A stretch of 63,330 nt of DNA, the filler included, from Polymyxa betae A26-41 (lineage: Eukaryota > Protista > Endomyxa: Phytomyxea), in assembly GCA_003693705.1 (NCBI GenBank). It is 7 parts of 7 records of this genome, joined end to end, with 100 filler letters (N's around TTAATTAATTAA, not from the genome) between each part and the next. Parts side by side here need not be neighbours in the genome. Positions count along the whole stretch, not along the records: positions 1 to 21,827 come from RBZT01000257.1; 6 more parts are not named here. One strand, 5' to 3'. How positions within the stretch are numbered: the stretch's first letter is position 1; each line of letters begins with the position of its first letter. Position numbers and translations under genes: made by a program. Positions 1-11,400 of the stretch are shown piece by piece. The notes below the pieces were generated by a model. That model worked only from the letters and a program-made list of their open reading frames with translations, was not told the origin of the DNA and made no database searches.

Positions 1-14
1 ACCCTCCAATTACT

Positions 15-921
15 GTGGAGTTACCTAACGGATCTAAAGATAAGATCAGTTATGAGATGTACTTGGATCTTGTTCTGCAAAGCAAGGCAGGCAAGTTGTT
101 GGTACCATCACGCAGATGTCTGGTATGGGATACCGACAGTGAGGTGATACTTTTAGGAGTTGATCTGCTTAATGCAATTGGCATTGATCCTAAGTCCGCC
201 CTAGAAAGTATCATAGCTAGCACATTAGTGGAAGGAAACAACGAATGTGGCTACAAGGGTGCAGAAGAAAACTGTACTCCAATGATTGGATTGAGTTCCA
301 AAGATGAGATTGACCAGGCGTTATGTCGGATGGTCAGAGATGCAATAGACAATGGGTTGTCGGCTCATCTTGAAGAACCAGTTATAAGGCTTGTGATGAA
401 ATACAAGAATGTATGCAGGTCTTTAGGACCCGACCCACCAGCTAAAGTTACTCCGTGGGTAACCAAACTTAAAGCTGGAGCTGAACCTGTGCGATATAGA
501 GCAAGCCGATATAGCAAAAGCAAAGTGACTATTTGCATGACATTACTACTCAGCTCAAAGAATACGGGCTAGTGTATGAGAACAATAATTGCGAATGGGC
601 AATCGCAGTTCTCGTGGTCAAGAAGCCTGTTGGTTACAGGATGACCGTTGATGTAACACGCGACAGCATTGGACAACTGCATACTCACACTATTCGAACG
701 GCTTTATTGAAGTTATCAATAAGCATTTCTTGATCTTGTTACGAGCGTTGATATCAGAGCTCAGATGGAACGAGGAAGACTGGCCTTGGTTGGATAAGTT
801 TGTGGAACACACTTTGAACCACAGACCACAAGCCAGACTGGAAGGAATGGCGCCATACACGGTATGGACAGGCAAGGAGCCAATTAATCCATTGGGCATA
901 AGGTCCGCAAGTACAACGTAG
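15..921 (+). mobile_element. Degenerate Ty3/gypsy pol fragment (post-protease region, RT start, then integrase C-terminus; large internal deletion)
   Basis: RRCLVWDTDSEVILLGVDLLNAIGIDP and LGPDPPAKVTP...YGLVYENNNCEWAIAVLVVKKPVGYRMTVD (gypsy RT N-term), jumping to LRALISELRWNEEDWPWL..VEHTLNHRPQARL (integrase); frameshifts. Homologous to 14552-15340 and 29870-29950. Confidence 0.85.
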
Positions 922-1017
922 CCAATGCATTTGCATTATATCGAGGTCGTCTTTCTGTTAAGATACACTATGAAAGCATTTCAAGGTGGTCTGGATCTAC
1001 AGGCAAGTAACGATCTT

Positions 1018-1184
1018 GTAGCCAAGGCAGAGTGCACGACGACAGCCGGTCTCCTGAGATAACGGACGACCCTCTGGTTACCTAGCAACAACGAAGATTG
1101 CTAATGATTACTAAGACGTAGCCAAGGCAGAGCGTACGGCGACAGCCGGTCTCCTGGAATTATGGAAGACCCTCTGCTTTCCTA
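1018..1184 (+). repeat. Two diverged ~67-bp direct repeats, 100-bp period
   Basis: gtagccaaggcagag...gacagccggtctcctg...gaccctctg at 1018 and 1118. Confidence 0.85.
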
Positions 1185-1627
1185 ACTATTGCAAGTTGGC
1201 ATGAAAACATCCCAAAGACGCCTATATGATGGCTGGAAGAAAAGGTAACATGCAAAGAATCCTCTATCTATAATATATTGCCCAGAGCAAAATCAGCAAA
1301 TATAACAAACTGCTGATCTATATGCAATGCCCCATTATTCATTCACTAAAAAAAGATTTGAAATAAAGCTAGTCGCTTGGTTAAAAAATATTGGTTGTCA
1401 TGCTTTCTTCAAATGATAGATTTACAAATAGATGCAATTTGATAATCGCTTATAAATGCATCCATTAACTGCAGTTTACTGCAATAGGCGCTGAGATACC
1501 CTGCAAACGTTAATCTGGAATAAAATGCATTTGTGCGTTCCGTGTCATGCTTTTTTGTGGGGAATATTGCATGTCAAAAGGCAGGCAAAAGAAGAGCAGA
1601 GTAGTTCTGGTGAACAGATAAAATTTA

Positions 1628-2320
1628 TCAAATTGACGCCGCATGAGCAACGGGACTATATGTCTCCAAATAATCGCATACATATTCTTGAGTTAATCCG
1701 CGTTCGACGTATCGTGCCTTAAACTTGACCACTTTGTTATTCTGGTCTTCTTTCCGCTTGAATACTCTCCGGCTGTCGATAACCATGTGACCCTCCGGTC
1801 TCCGAGCGACCGACATATATTTTTCTTCCTAAGCGCCTGGTACCTGGCCTCCATCACTTTTTCCCATTCATCGGAATCTTAGTCTTGTAGTGCTTGAACG
1901 CGATATTTTTGTTCATCAGGTTCTTGACAGGTGAGATTACAGCCTGCTTGTCCGCCGACCTTACAGCTTGTTTATGTGTTCGCTCATGAATTCATGCAGA
2001 TTTTCGAACAGGAGCCTGTTCTGGCTCTGGTTCTGGAGTCTTGATATATTTGTCTTCATCATCTAGAATTATATCGTCATAATCGGAGTCTTCATGTTGT
2101 GCACGAGGCTCTTGGAATGAAACGTCTCGACTAATGATGACATTTCTTGGTAGACTCATCCATGATCCGATACCCTTTCTTGTTTGTAGGATACCCAACA
2201 AATATACCTCGTTGCCCGCGTCGATCAGATTTTCCGGCTTGATCAACCTTGTCCATACTTTACAGCCGAACACGAGTAGATAACGTAAGCTAGGTTTCCT
2301 GCCGGCCCATATCAGAAACG
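1628..2320 (-). mobile_element. Ty1/copia fragment (post-integrase SH3-like region and RT start)
   Basis: WAGRKPSLRYLLVFGCKVW, VIISRDVSFQE, VFKRKEDQNNKVVKFKARYVERG..DYLETYSPVA. Confidence 0.85.
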
Positions 2321-2780
2321 GCCGCCTTGCCTTTCGGCAAATTGGTAGAAGTGCATCGATTTCGAATTTGAACAGCCGTCGGAATTGCTTAAGCTCAATA
2401 TGCGCCAGGATATCCGGATGATAATAGAGACAATTCGATGCGCCAGATTCGTTTTTGAGTTTGAGTTTCCTGCCGGCCAAACAGTCCTTGATCAAGCTCA
2501 ATGCATGTAGTCATAAACTCAAACTCAACGGTTATTGAGAAAGCGCAACCTGCTGCTCAACAGAAGATCTTCGTTGATTTTGCCCGTCTCAGAGTCACAA
2601 ATCCTAACAAATATCTGCAGCTGTTACTGATCCCTCCACCAAATCCAAGGTTGTCGTTTACTCATAAACCAAATTATCGCTCCAATGGATGCATGCAGTC
2701 TTGCTTATGAAAGCACTGAAGTCGTCGTATTGGATTCTGGACTTGTTGAAACATATTTTCCAACAGGCAAATGATTTCCA

Positions 2781-3503
2781 ATGAAACAGTTCAACTGCAG
2801 CGATGATATCCTGCTGCTACAAGCCTGTAATCACACCGCCCCGTTGGAGTCGCCACGTGGCAACGTTCTGGCTGTGTTGAAATCAATTGCGTCTACGTGG
2901 GCAGCAACAGATGCCTTCGGCGTTGAAAAGGATAGACCGGCATGCAAAACCCGGTTTGAAAGAATTATTTTTGTGTATTTCAAGAAAAAACAATGAGGCT
3001 CTAAGAAAGTCAGGAACAGATGAGGAATTTGATCAAAGGGACGTTCTACTGGCCGATATCAGAGAGCGGATGCGCGACTTCAAAGAGGATGCAGCAAAAA
3101 AAGTCTAAGATTGAACAGGATAAGATCAAAGGACTGGAATCGTCAGGGCTAATCCTGCGACGCAAAGCATTGGGACAATGCGACATCACAGATGAAAAAT
3201 CGTTTAATAACAGTAACTCAGATTCTGATGAAGAAAATGCTCAGTCATTGATTTCTGAAAAGCATGCGTGCAGCAGGCAAAAAGACACCTGTATCAACCA
3301 AATCAAGACTAAAACGCAAACTCACCAGCAATGACAAGCTGGATGGTTTGTTGAAAGCAATTAAGGACGGCATCAGCCAGAAATCCGAGACCGAAAAAAT
3401 TAAGATAGCTTTGATGGAACGCCGGCTAGCGTTTGAAAAAAAGCAGGCAGCTTGTCGTGATGAGGAATCGCATAGTTGCGATTCTCAGTTCCTGTTGTTA
3501 TAG
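2781..3503 (+). pseudogene. PIF/Harbinger accessory Myb/SANT-like protein, frameshifted
   Basis: FNCSDDILLLQ...CKTRFERI...EALRKSGTDEEFDQRDVLLADI with a coiled-coil tail; convergent with a Harbinger transposase. Confidence 0.7.
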
Positions 3504-3607
3504 GAACGTTTATTGGGACGTGACATATAAATAATTAATAATAGTCTGAAAAATCTGTTATCCACCCATGAACCATCGAATCGGTTTAATCAATTTTTTG
3601 TAAATTA

Positions 3608-4700
3608 CTACTCAAGATTAAGGTACTGGCTCAAACTTGGTGGCGGGGTTTGGAAATACATGATAATCTGATTGCCCTGCGGCTGTAAGCAGCAGCAATG
3701 ACACTTTGTCAATAATGTCGCCACCAGCCACATCTTAGCAACTGGATTTTGGCGTATTGTTCTGAAGCTTGCACTGAACGACCATAAATTTTTCAAACGT
3801 CCAAAACTCCACTCGACGCTTTCACGAACTGAGCTCATGGCAGAGTTAAATGGTGCCTCGGGCGATCCAGGCTCTGGAATCGTAAATGGATAGCATATGT
3901 AGTCCGAGCAGCTATAGGCAAGATCTCCGTAGATTAGCTTGCCGTCGAAAATTGCGGAATGATGACTCCATAATTTCGGGACAATGCCATTCATCGCTAA
4001 CAGAGTCGAATCATGCCGTCTGCCCTCGAAGGGACCGAACATACTGATGATGATGCCATCGGTGGTGGTGATACCCTGCTAGTTTAAACAGGGTCGGCGA
4101 GTGTGCCCACTGAAAACAGATCGCTGGAGATTTTCATAAGGACCTGAACATCGTCTGGCAGCAGGCCTTGCGATATTCAACTTGTACCATCTATGATCCC
4201 AGCAAGTGCGGAGTGGTGCGCCCTGCCTGGAAATGGCATGGTAGTACTCATCAATCCTTTGCGTCGCTAAATACTCATTGAAGAATAGGAGATCGCGAAG
4301 CGATTCGTATAAAAGGGTGACTGTTGCATCGATGACTCTTGAACATGCCCAGGGAGACCTACCGAACTCGTTTGCGACAGTAAACAGACTGCAAGGCTCC
4401 GCCAGATGACGACATACCAATGCTAAAGATTCTAAAGCAGGGACAGCGTCCTGTGCGCTAGTTTTAATGACGTTCGGCAACCGCAGAGCGACTTTCAACT
4501 GTCGAAGTTCTGGAAAAGTGAACCTGAGCATGTGCCTAGCGGTAACATCGTCCAAATCTTCGTTGAAATAGTTCCTGTTGTTAATAATAGTTGGATTACG
4601 ATGACGTAATCGCAAGTAGCCGTGCTGCAAAATGTAATTCATGATGTCGAGAAACTCGGATATATCGGAACCGGTGCAGAGACGATTGAGATAATAAAAA
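3608..4700 (-). pseudogene. PIF/Harbinger (HARBI1-like) DDE transposase, disrupted
   Basis: LQRSVFSGHTRRPCLN, MFGPFEGRRHDSTLL, IYGDLAY, FNSAMSSVRESVEWSFG; stops and frameshifts. Confidence 0.9.
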
Positions 4701-4827
4701 TGATTGCCTCTTTTTCCGTCATAACGGGCAACATGGGATCGTAGGAAGATCGAGGTACCAATCGCGAAAGTGAAACTCAAAACCTACAGTCACCGAATTC
4801 TGGTTTTATTACCGATGAGTTTCATAT

Positions 4828-6330
4828 TGATTCTATCAGGGAGATGGAGAGAGTGAGGACTCGGAATATGAGAACTAGAGCAAGTGAAGTGTTTTACTGC
4901 GCGGTCACGGAGGTGACGAAAAGCTGCGCTCTACTGATTCAGGTTCTGTGCCATCACGCCCCTCGAACGAGCGGGAGATAATCCAAGAAGTTCACGACAC
5001 CAGATAAATTTCTGGGAGTTGATTGGTTTGGTCAAGAAATCAGCTAACATTTTGGAGGTTTCGCAGTAGATAACTTGAATTTTCTTTTGTTCCACCAAGT
5101 CTCTCGTATAATGGTACTTGACTTCTATGTGCTTCGTGTGAGCATCAGTCCTGCGATTTTGGGTCATCGAAATACAACCCTGATTATCTTCCTTGATAGT
5201 GGTTGGACTTGGATGCTGCATGCCAAATCCTATCTCCTCGAACAGCTGTCATCCAAGCACTTTCTCTTGCGGTATCACATAAGGCTTGATACTCGGCTGT
5301 CACGGACGACGTTCCAACTGATTTTTGAAACTTGGACTTACAAGCAATTGGACCTAAAGCGTGCATGAATACATAACCAGTTGTCGATCGTCGTGTGTCA
5401 GGGCAACTTGCCCAGTCGCTGTCTGAGTATGCAAAAACTTCGCGTTGGTTGGTAGTCTTTTCGATATGTAATGCCATAATTTCGGGTGCCGTTGAGATAT
5501 CGTAACACATACTTAGCCGCCGTCCAATGTAGGTTTCCAGGATTTGATGCCAAACGACACAATGAGCCAACGGCTTGTGCGATATCAGGACGGCTATTCA
5601 GTGATAGCCACAATAGAAAACCGATGAAATCCTTGAAGGGTTTCGCCTTCATTCCTTCTTCTTCGGTTGGCGAATTAGGGCACATCGAGCGTGATAGGAT
5701 TTCGTTTCTTTCAAATTATCATTTGTTTATAGGAATATTAAGGACCACGAACACGAAACCATTAGGCGAACAAAATATAAATTCAACAATGAGCAGTATA
5801 TTAGGCTGGTGGGGCTCTTTCAGGGCTGCGACCATGGCTGCCATGGTCGTTCTTTGTAATGTGGCGTGAAGCAGACGCCATGTTGAATGAGCGGTTGGGC
5901 AGTTCTCAATGATTGTTAAGACTGTGTCATCCACTCTATGCTGGATTGCCGCGCGAGCTTTGCGATCTTGCCACGCCAGTGTCTCGGTTATTGTCGGTGC
6001 TGTCTCTGTCGGCAATAATGTAGATTCAATGCCAGTTATCACATCGAGGTCCTTTTCGATGAGACGGTTGGCCATGCGATGACGCCATTGTTGGAAATTT
6101 GTTCCGTTAAATATTGGGACAAGAGCGCGTTCGAGTTGATCGTTGCTCATGCTTTTGACTTGCCACGCTCGTTCGTCGGGAGCTAGATGGGACTCTTAAT
6201 CTTTTCATTCTGTCAGGGAGAGGGAGAGAGTGAGGACTCGAAATAAGAGAACTAGAGCAAGTGAAGTGTTTTATTGGGCGGTCACGGAAATGACGAAAGG
6301 CTGCGCTCTACTGATTCAGGTTCTGTTCCA
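4828..6330 (-). mobile_element. Internally deleted 1.5-kb Ty1/copia element with paired ~126-bp LTRs
   Basis: LTRs at 6205-6330 and 4828-4953; PPT (gaggggcgtga on the minus strand) abuts 4954; gag N-term VPIFNGTNFQQW; RT/RNase H end YSDSDWASCPDTRRSTTG, EDNQGCI, TKHIEVKYH, LADFLTKP. No clean TSD. Confidence 0.9.
6182..6202 (-). promoter_or_regulatory. Primer-binding site complementary to the anticodon arm of tRNA-Lys(CUU) (half-tRNA type)
   Basis: The + strand reads gctag-atgggactcttaatc, matching the eukaryotic tRNA-Lys(CUU) sequence as I recall it; lies 2 nt inside the 5' LTR end. Confidence 0.7.
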
Positions 6331-6366
6331 AAATTTCAGTCATTGTGACGGGGTGAACAATCAAAC

Positions 6367-6660
6367 TCAAATTTGAAACAAGTCGTATCGAATTGTCTCT
6401 AATAAGATAGCACGCGGCATTTCGATAATTGTGCGATTCAATCGCTCCACAACACCATTCAGCTGCGGCCCCCGCGGTACCATCAAGTCGTGCTCAATAC
6501 CATACCTTTTCAGAAAATTGTTAAATGCCTTAGAAGTGTGCTCGCCTCCGTTATCTGCCTGGAAACGCAGAATTGGTCGCAGATGTAATGTCTCCGTCTT
6601 TTGTATATACTTTTTACATGCATCGAAAACTCGGTCTGTTTTTTGATGCCAGATAATATG
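6367..6660 (-). mobile_element. Ty1/copia integrase core fragment
   Basis: FQADNGGEHTSKAFNNFLKRYGIEH...PQLNGVVERLNRTIIEM (rve). Confidence 0.88.
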
Positions 6661-6931
6661 CGGTATTGCGCTGTTCATAAATTTTGTCCAATGGCTCTTC
6701 AAGGAAACCGAATTTAAAAAACCCCGTGGCCTTATTAAAAAGTGCGAGACCCGATTTATCGTGGACCCGATCCACATTCAGATCGACCTTCCGACTGCTT
6801 TTCTGACTTTGATTTCAGCAAAACTAGGCTCTTTATTTCATAAACAGCCCCACTTTAATAAATCCGGCCATTTTGTTCCCTTCTCTGCGGGGTCAGCATA
6901 GAGAGGACGTCGATCTGCAAATCAGGCCTCC

Positions 6932-7961
6932 GTGGTCCCTCAGCAGCTTCTTTGTCCATCCATGTGGAGCAAAGACATGCGTTGGCGATGCCTTGTGCTG
7001 AATTATGTGTATGGAACACCCCTGGCCAAATGCTCGTTGATACTGGGGCCCAGCGAAAAGACCATCAAGAGCTGGATGCGAAGCTTCGAACAAACCGGAG
7101 ATGTGTATTCCGGACTTCCGAGACAGCGATCTGCACGATGGTGTACGATTTTGTGGAAGAATTTATCGAGCTGCATCCTTGATATTATATTCAGGAACTC
7201 CAGGACGAACTATGCATCCGGTTCCCGCATCTCCCTATCGTGTCTGTTCGTACTATATGCCGAGCACTTCGACACGAGTTAAAAATTTCAAGGGAAGTGT
7301 TGAAAAAACGAGCTCGAGAAAGCATTCCGGCACAGTTGGAGGAGTTTTATTTAAAACTTCGCCGTTTTTACTCTTATCCGGAACAGCTGGTTTTCATTGA
7401 TGAGAGTAGCAAAGATGGAACAGATTTTCTGCGGCGTCACGGATGGCCTCGCGTCAACACACATGTGATTGTTCATCAATCGATTTAGAGTGGTGCGCGA
7501 GTGTCGATCTTGGCTGCTTTTGACACGTCCGGATTTTTCGCCTGGGAGACAACTCCGGACCCATTTACTCGGCGAAAGTTCCACAGCCATGGGCCAGGCC
7601 ACGGAGCATTGTAATTTTGGACAACGCCAAGATCCATATGTATTGTGAATTGGAAGAGGTCGTTCACACCTGTCGAGCTCTTCTCATTTATCTGCCTCCA
7701 TATTCACCGCAGCTAAATCCGAAAGAAAAAGGATTTGGTTTGCTAAAGCAGTGGTTGAACAAAAACGCGGATTCTGTGTTCCGTTTATGCCCAGAGCGGG
7801 TCATGGAAGCTGCGATGCCGCTCTGCACGCGCTTTAGCCAGGAAGGACACGATTTCTATGCTTCTTGTTGTTATGGTGAAAGCGACCTAATAAAGGGAAA
7901 GTTTTTTAGTTTATTCTATCATCGGATCCGGCGTGATCAATATCTTCAATATCGTGGCTAA
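6932..7961 (+). pseudogene. IS630/Tc1-mariner DD34E transposase, frameshifted
   Basis: HTH region VSVRTICRALRHEL, EQLVFIDESSKDG, ILDNAKIH...LPPYSPQLNPKE (34 residues between D and E). Confidence 0.9.
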
Positions 7962-8471
7962 CAGCCGCCACGTTTGGGACGCCGTCACCGTTGAAAATAT
8001 CCCTAGGGGAAAGTGGGTAGGGCGGCAGACCCAAAGCTTGGCGTAACGATGGGATATGAAGTCGAATCGTTCCGGGTTGTGTAGTCAACACTTCAAAAGG
8101 AACGTCGAAGTACTCCTCCAAAGCATTCGGCCGCTGCGGTGCTGTTTCGCGGAGGAAATCCACTCTCAGGGCTTGCCGGAAAACGTTGGATTGTGGAAGC
8201 GCCGGAACGACTTCTGGATTTAGACTACGAGCGCGTTGTCACGCCCATAAATTCATCGCCACATCTCCAATCCGTTTGTTTTCGGACAGTTCTGGTGGGT
8301 CATCGCGCAGCCTGGCAGATATTTCTTCTGCGGCAGATTGAATCCGTGCAACTGTGGCCCTTCGTTACGACGCTGCTGTTGTCGTTGTGGAACGATCCCG
8401 CTGTCCAGGCTCGGTGATATACACAGCGAATGGCACGCGGATAAGTTCCGGTTAGGCCCTTTAACGAACAA
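7906..8471 (-). pseudogene. Unknown ORF (frameshifted), convergent with and overlapping the Tc1 transposase 3' end
   Basis: Two joinable frames: LSACHSLCISPSLDSG...GCAMTHQNCPK and FRQALRVDFLRETAPQ...; 5' end cut by the copia LTR. Confidence 0.45.
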
Positions 8472-8474
8472 TTG

Positions 8475-11400
8475 CTGGGTCTAGCCAGCGTACCCGCCCA
8501 ATCAAGATATTAGTGGTGGAAAAACCCAAGATGCCTGTCGAGTGCCACGACTGAACGAACTCGTGCCTGTCGAATCAAATAATATGTTATATAAAGGAAA
8601 CTATCATTCCCGAAAAGCAGCCTCTCTGTTCACTGCCTTTATCGCTAGGTTGCTACCTCCAATATCAGGGTATGGGCCCAGCAACACAGCAGATGGCTGA
8701 GACACGGGTATCAAGTATGCAACTTACTACTTAAGTTTGATCCTACTCTAACTGGCAACTGTGGCGACGAAAGGTGATCATCGGTATGAGACGCGTGTAC
8801 GCTTACGCTTTCATGAAAAGCGACGAACCCAGACCCTCTCAAGCACCCGGTTCTCAATCTGAGTCAAAGGAACTGCACAGCGCGCAGCTTCGGCTTTCGG
8901 AGAAAACTATCAACTTCGTAACAGCCAAAATGAAACTCAAGGCATCGCCAAATGATGAGATAGCTAAGGCAGCCCTGAGCGCAGCTCAAGTTGAACATGA
9001 AGACGCAACGAACGACTACTCCAGCGCTTTCGAAGAACAACAGCTGACACAATATACACAGAAAGGACTGAAGATGTAGCAGACTGGGATAGGGGCCACG
9101 ACCTGGCGTACCACATGTTGATCATGTCCCTTTCTGAGAACTACAAAATGCTCACGATCAACTGCTCCGATCTCCCATCAACATGGCACAAGTTGGAGCA
9201 ACACTTCGAAGGAAAGGCCGCCGCCGACGTTCTCGCAGCGGAAGCCGAACTGAGCAACCTCAGCATCTCAGACAAAGACGACACTCGTTTTCCTGAACTC
9301 AGTGCGTTTAATATGTAGAACACTGACGAGCGTTGGTGCACCCATCTGCGACCAAAAGCTTTTCCAGACGATCATTATCAAACTACCATCGAAGATGAAC
9401 GTGATCAAGGACACCATCCTATACGGACCAATCCAATTTCAGACATGGGCTTCTCTGGAACAGACCCTAATCAGCTACGCCAAAAATAACCCATCGGCCA
9501 AACAACCTGAGTACGCGAGCACGGCCAGGCTGAAGAAGTCATGCAGACATTGTAAACGCGACGGACACACATTCGCCGAGCGTCTTGCGAAAGATAACGT
9601 CTGCAACATTTGTGACAAGAACGGGCACTTCCCAAAACGCTGTAAGCCAAAGAAAAAGAACAATGATAAGAAGGGCCTAGAGCACCTGACCAATTACGCG
9701 TTCATGGCCGAATCGAAGCCCCGACCGACGCCGACCAGCTGGATCATCGACTCTGGAGCGACGGCATCAATCAGCGCTGAGATCAAGGCCTCAAAGGCAT
9801 CCAACGGAGAGACGATCACTATCGCAGACGGGCGTAAACTCCCAGTCCTCGGACACGGATCTGCGAACATCGGTTTCACGATCAGCGACGTGTTATGTGT
9901 ACCATCAGCGAGCCGAAACTTACAGTCTATAGGGAAAGCTTGTGATGACGGGGAATTTGACAACGCGATCTTCGACAATACCGGGTGCCGGTTGTATAAG
10001 GCCGGCATGTTAATCGCGACCGCCCAGAAGAACAATGGACTGTACGAGTTCGACCACAATTCTGTTGAACAATGGGTTCATGCGGCTTCTCAAACGGAGC
10101 TTTGGCCCAAGCGGCTCGCCCACATTCCTGAACGTACCCTGCACGAGATGGAGACTAAGAAACTCGCAATCGGAATAGAACATGGTCCCAACAAGAGGTG
10201 CGAGGGCTGCGAAACCGGAAAACTGTGTCGACTACCCTTTCGAACGCGAAATGAAGATCACCGCAGTTCGGAGCCAGGGAGAGTACTACACACCGACCAG
10301 TGCTCCTACCCAGAGTTCAGCATCCAAGGTAATAAATACAGCATGCCCATAATTGATGAGTACACTCGCTTTGTCACAGTGTCCTTCATGAAGTGCAAAT
10401 CCGAGGCGGCAGAACTCCTCAAATGCATCCGTTAGTACGAAACCTTCACCGGCAACAAGGTCAGCGTGATCCAAACCGACAGCGGAGAAGAGTTCACCCC
10501 CAATAACCTTCAAGACCAACTGGACCAAAAGGGCATTCGGCTGCAGACAACGATCCCACACACGCCGCAGCAGAACGGCATCGCAGAGAGAATGAACAAA
10601 ACTCTGAACGACATTGCACGGACTATGATCATCCAGTCGGGCCTTCCAATAAAATGCTGGCAATTCGCGGGTCGCTGCTATAGCTCATGTCACAAACGGT
10701 GTCCCCAACAGCGCCAATAATGGCATTACGCCTTACCAGCTCTGGACCGGGAAAAGACCTGACTTCAGCCACACCAAAGTCTTCGGCTGTCTCGCCTTCG
10801 TTCACATCGCCAGTCACCGGAGACAGAAACTCGCAGCAAAGGCCACAACCTGCACCTTCCTTGGTTACGCGGCGAATCAGAAGGGTTACATATTCCAGGA
10901 CGACGGATCTGGAGACACTATTACCGCGCGTGACGCCAACTTCGATGAACACTACTTACCTCACACGAGCAACGACTCAGTAGCGAAGCCGCCAGCTGTG
11001 CATGACATGTATGAACAGGTCCGCGAATCTGCGACAGTGCACACCCACGAAACAACAGAATCTATGACCACACGACAGGCAGCCGACGAGCCCGATCTCA
11101 ACGACGCTGATGTCGCAGCAGTGAACTCTCAGCAGAGCCACAACACGCATAAAGACTCGAGCGCTGATCCCGAGGAACCAGAAGCAATACACTGTGAAGA
11201 GTCAGAGCCTGCCCGAAAACCAGAACAAGATCACCAACCAAAAGGAGCTGCGCGCATTAAAACTACACAGCGTCCATCCTTCTCTAGCCTGACCTTGTCG
11301 ACAGCCCAAAAGTCCCGATCGATTACCCGGAGCATGTCACAACAAGGCCCACTTTCCGCATTCGCAGCAACGATGATGAAGGAGCCGACGACCAACGAAG

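Noticed and set aside
1018-1184. CRISPR-like repeat-spacer pattern
   Set aside because: Only two long diverged units, eukaryotic context, no cas genes.
6932-8471. Fanzor/TnpB beside the Tc1 transposase
   Set aside because: No RuvC-I/II/III or zinc-ribbon motif pattern is recognisable in any frame.
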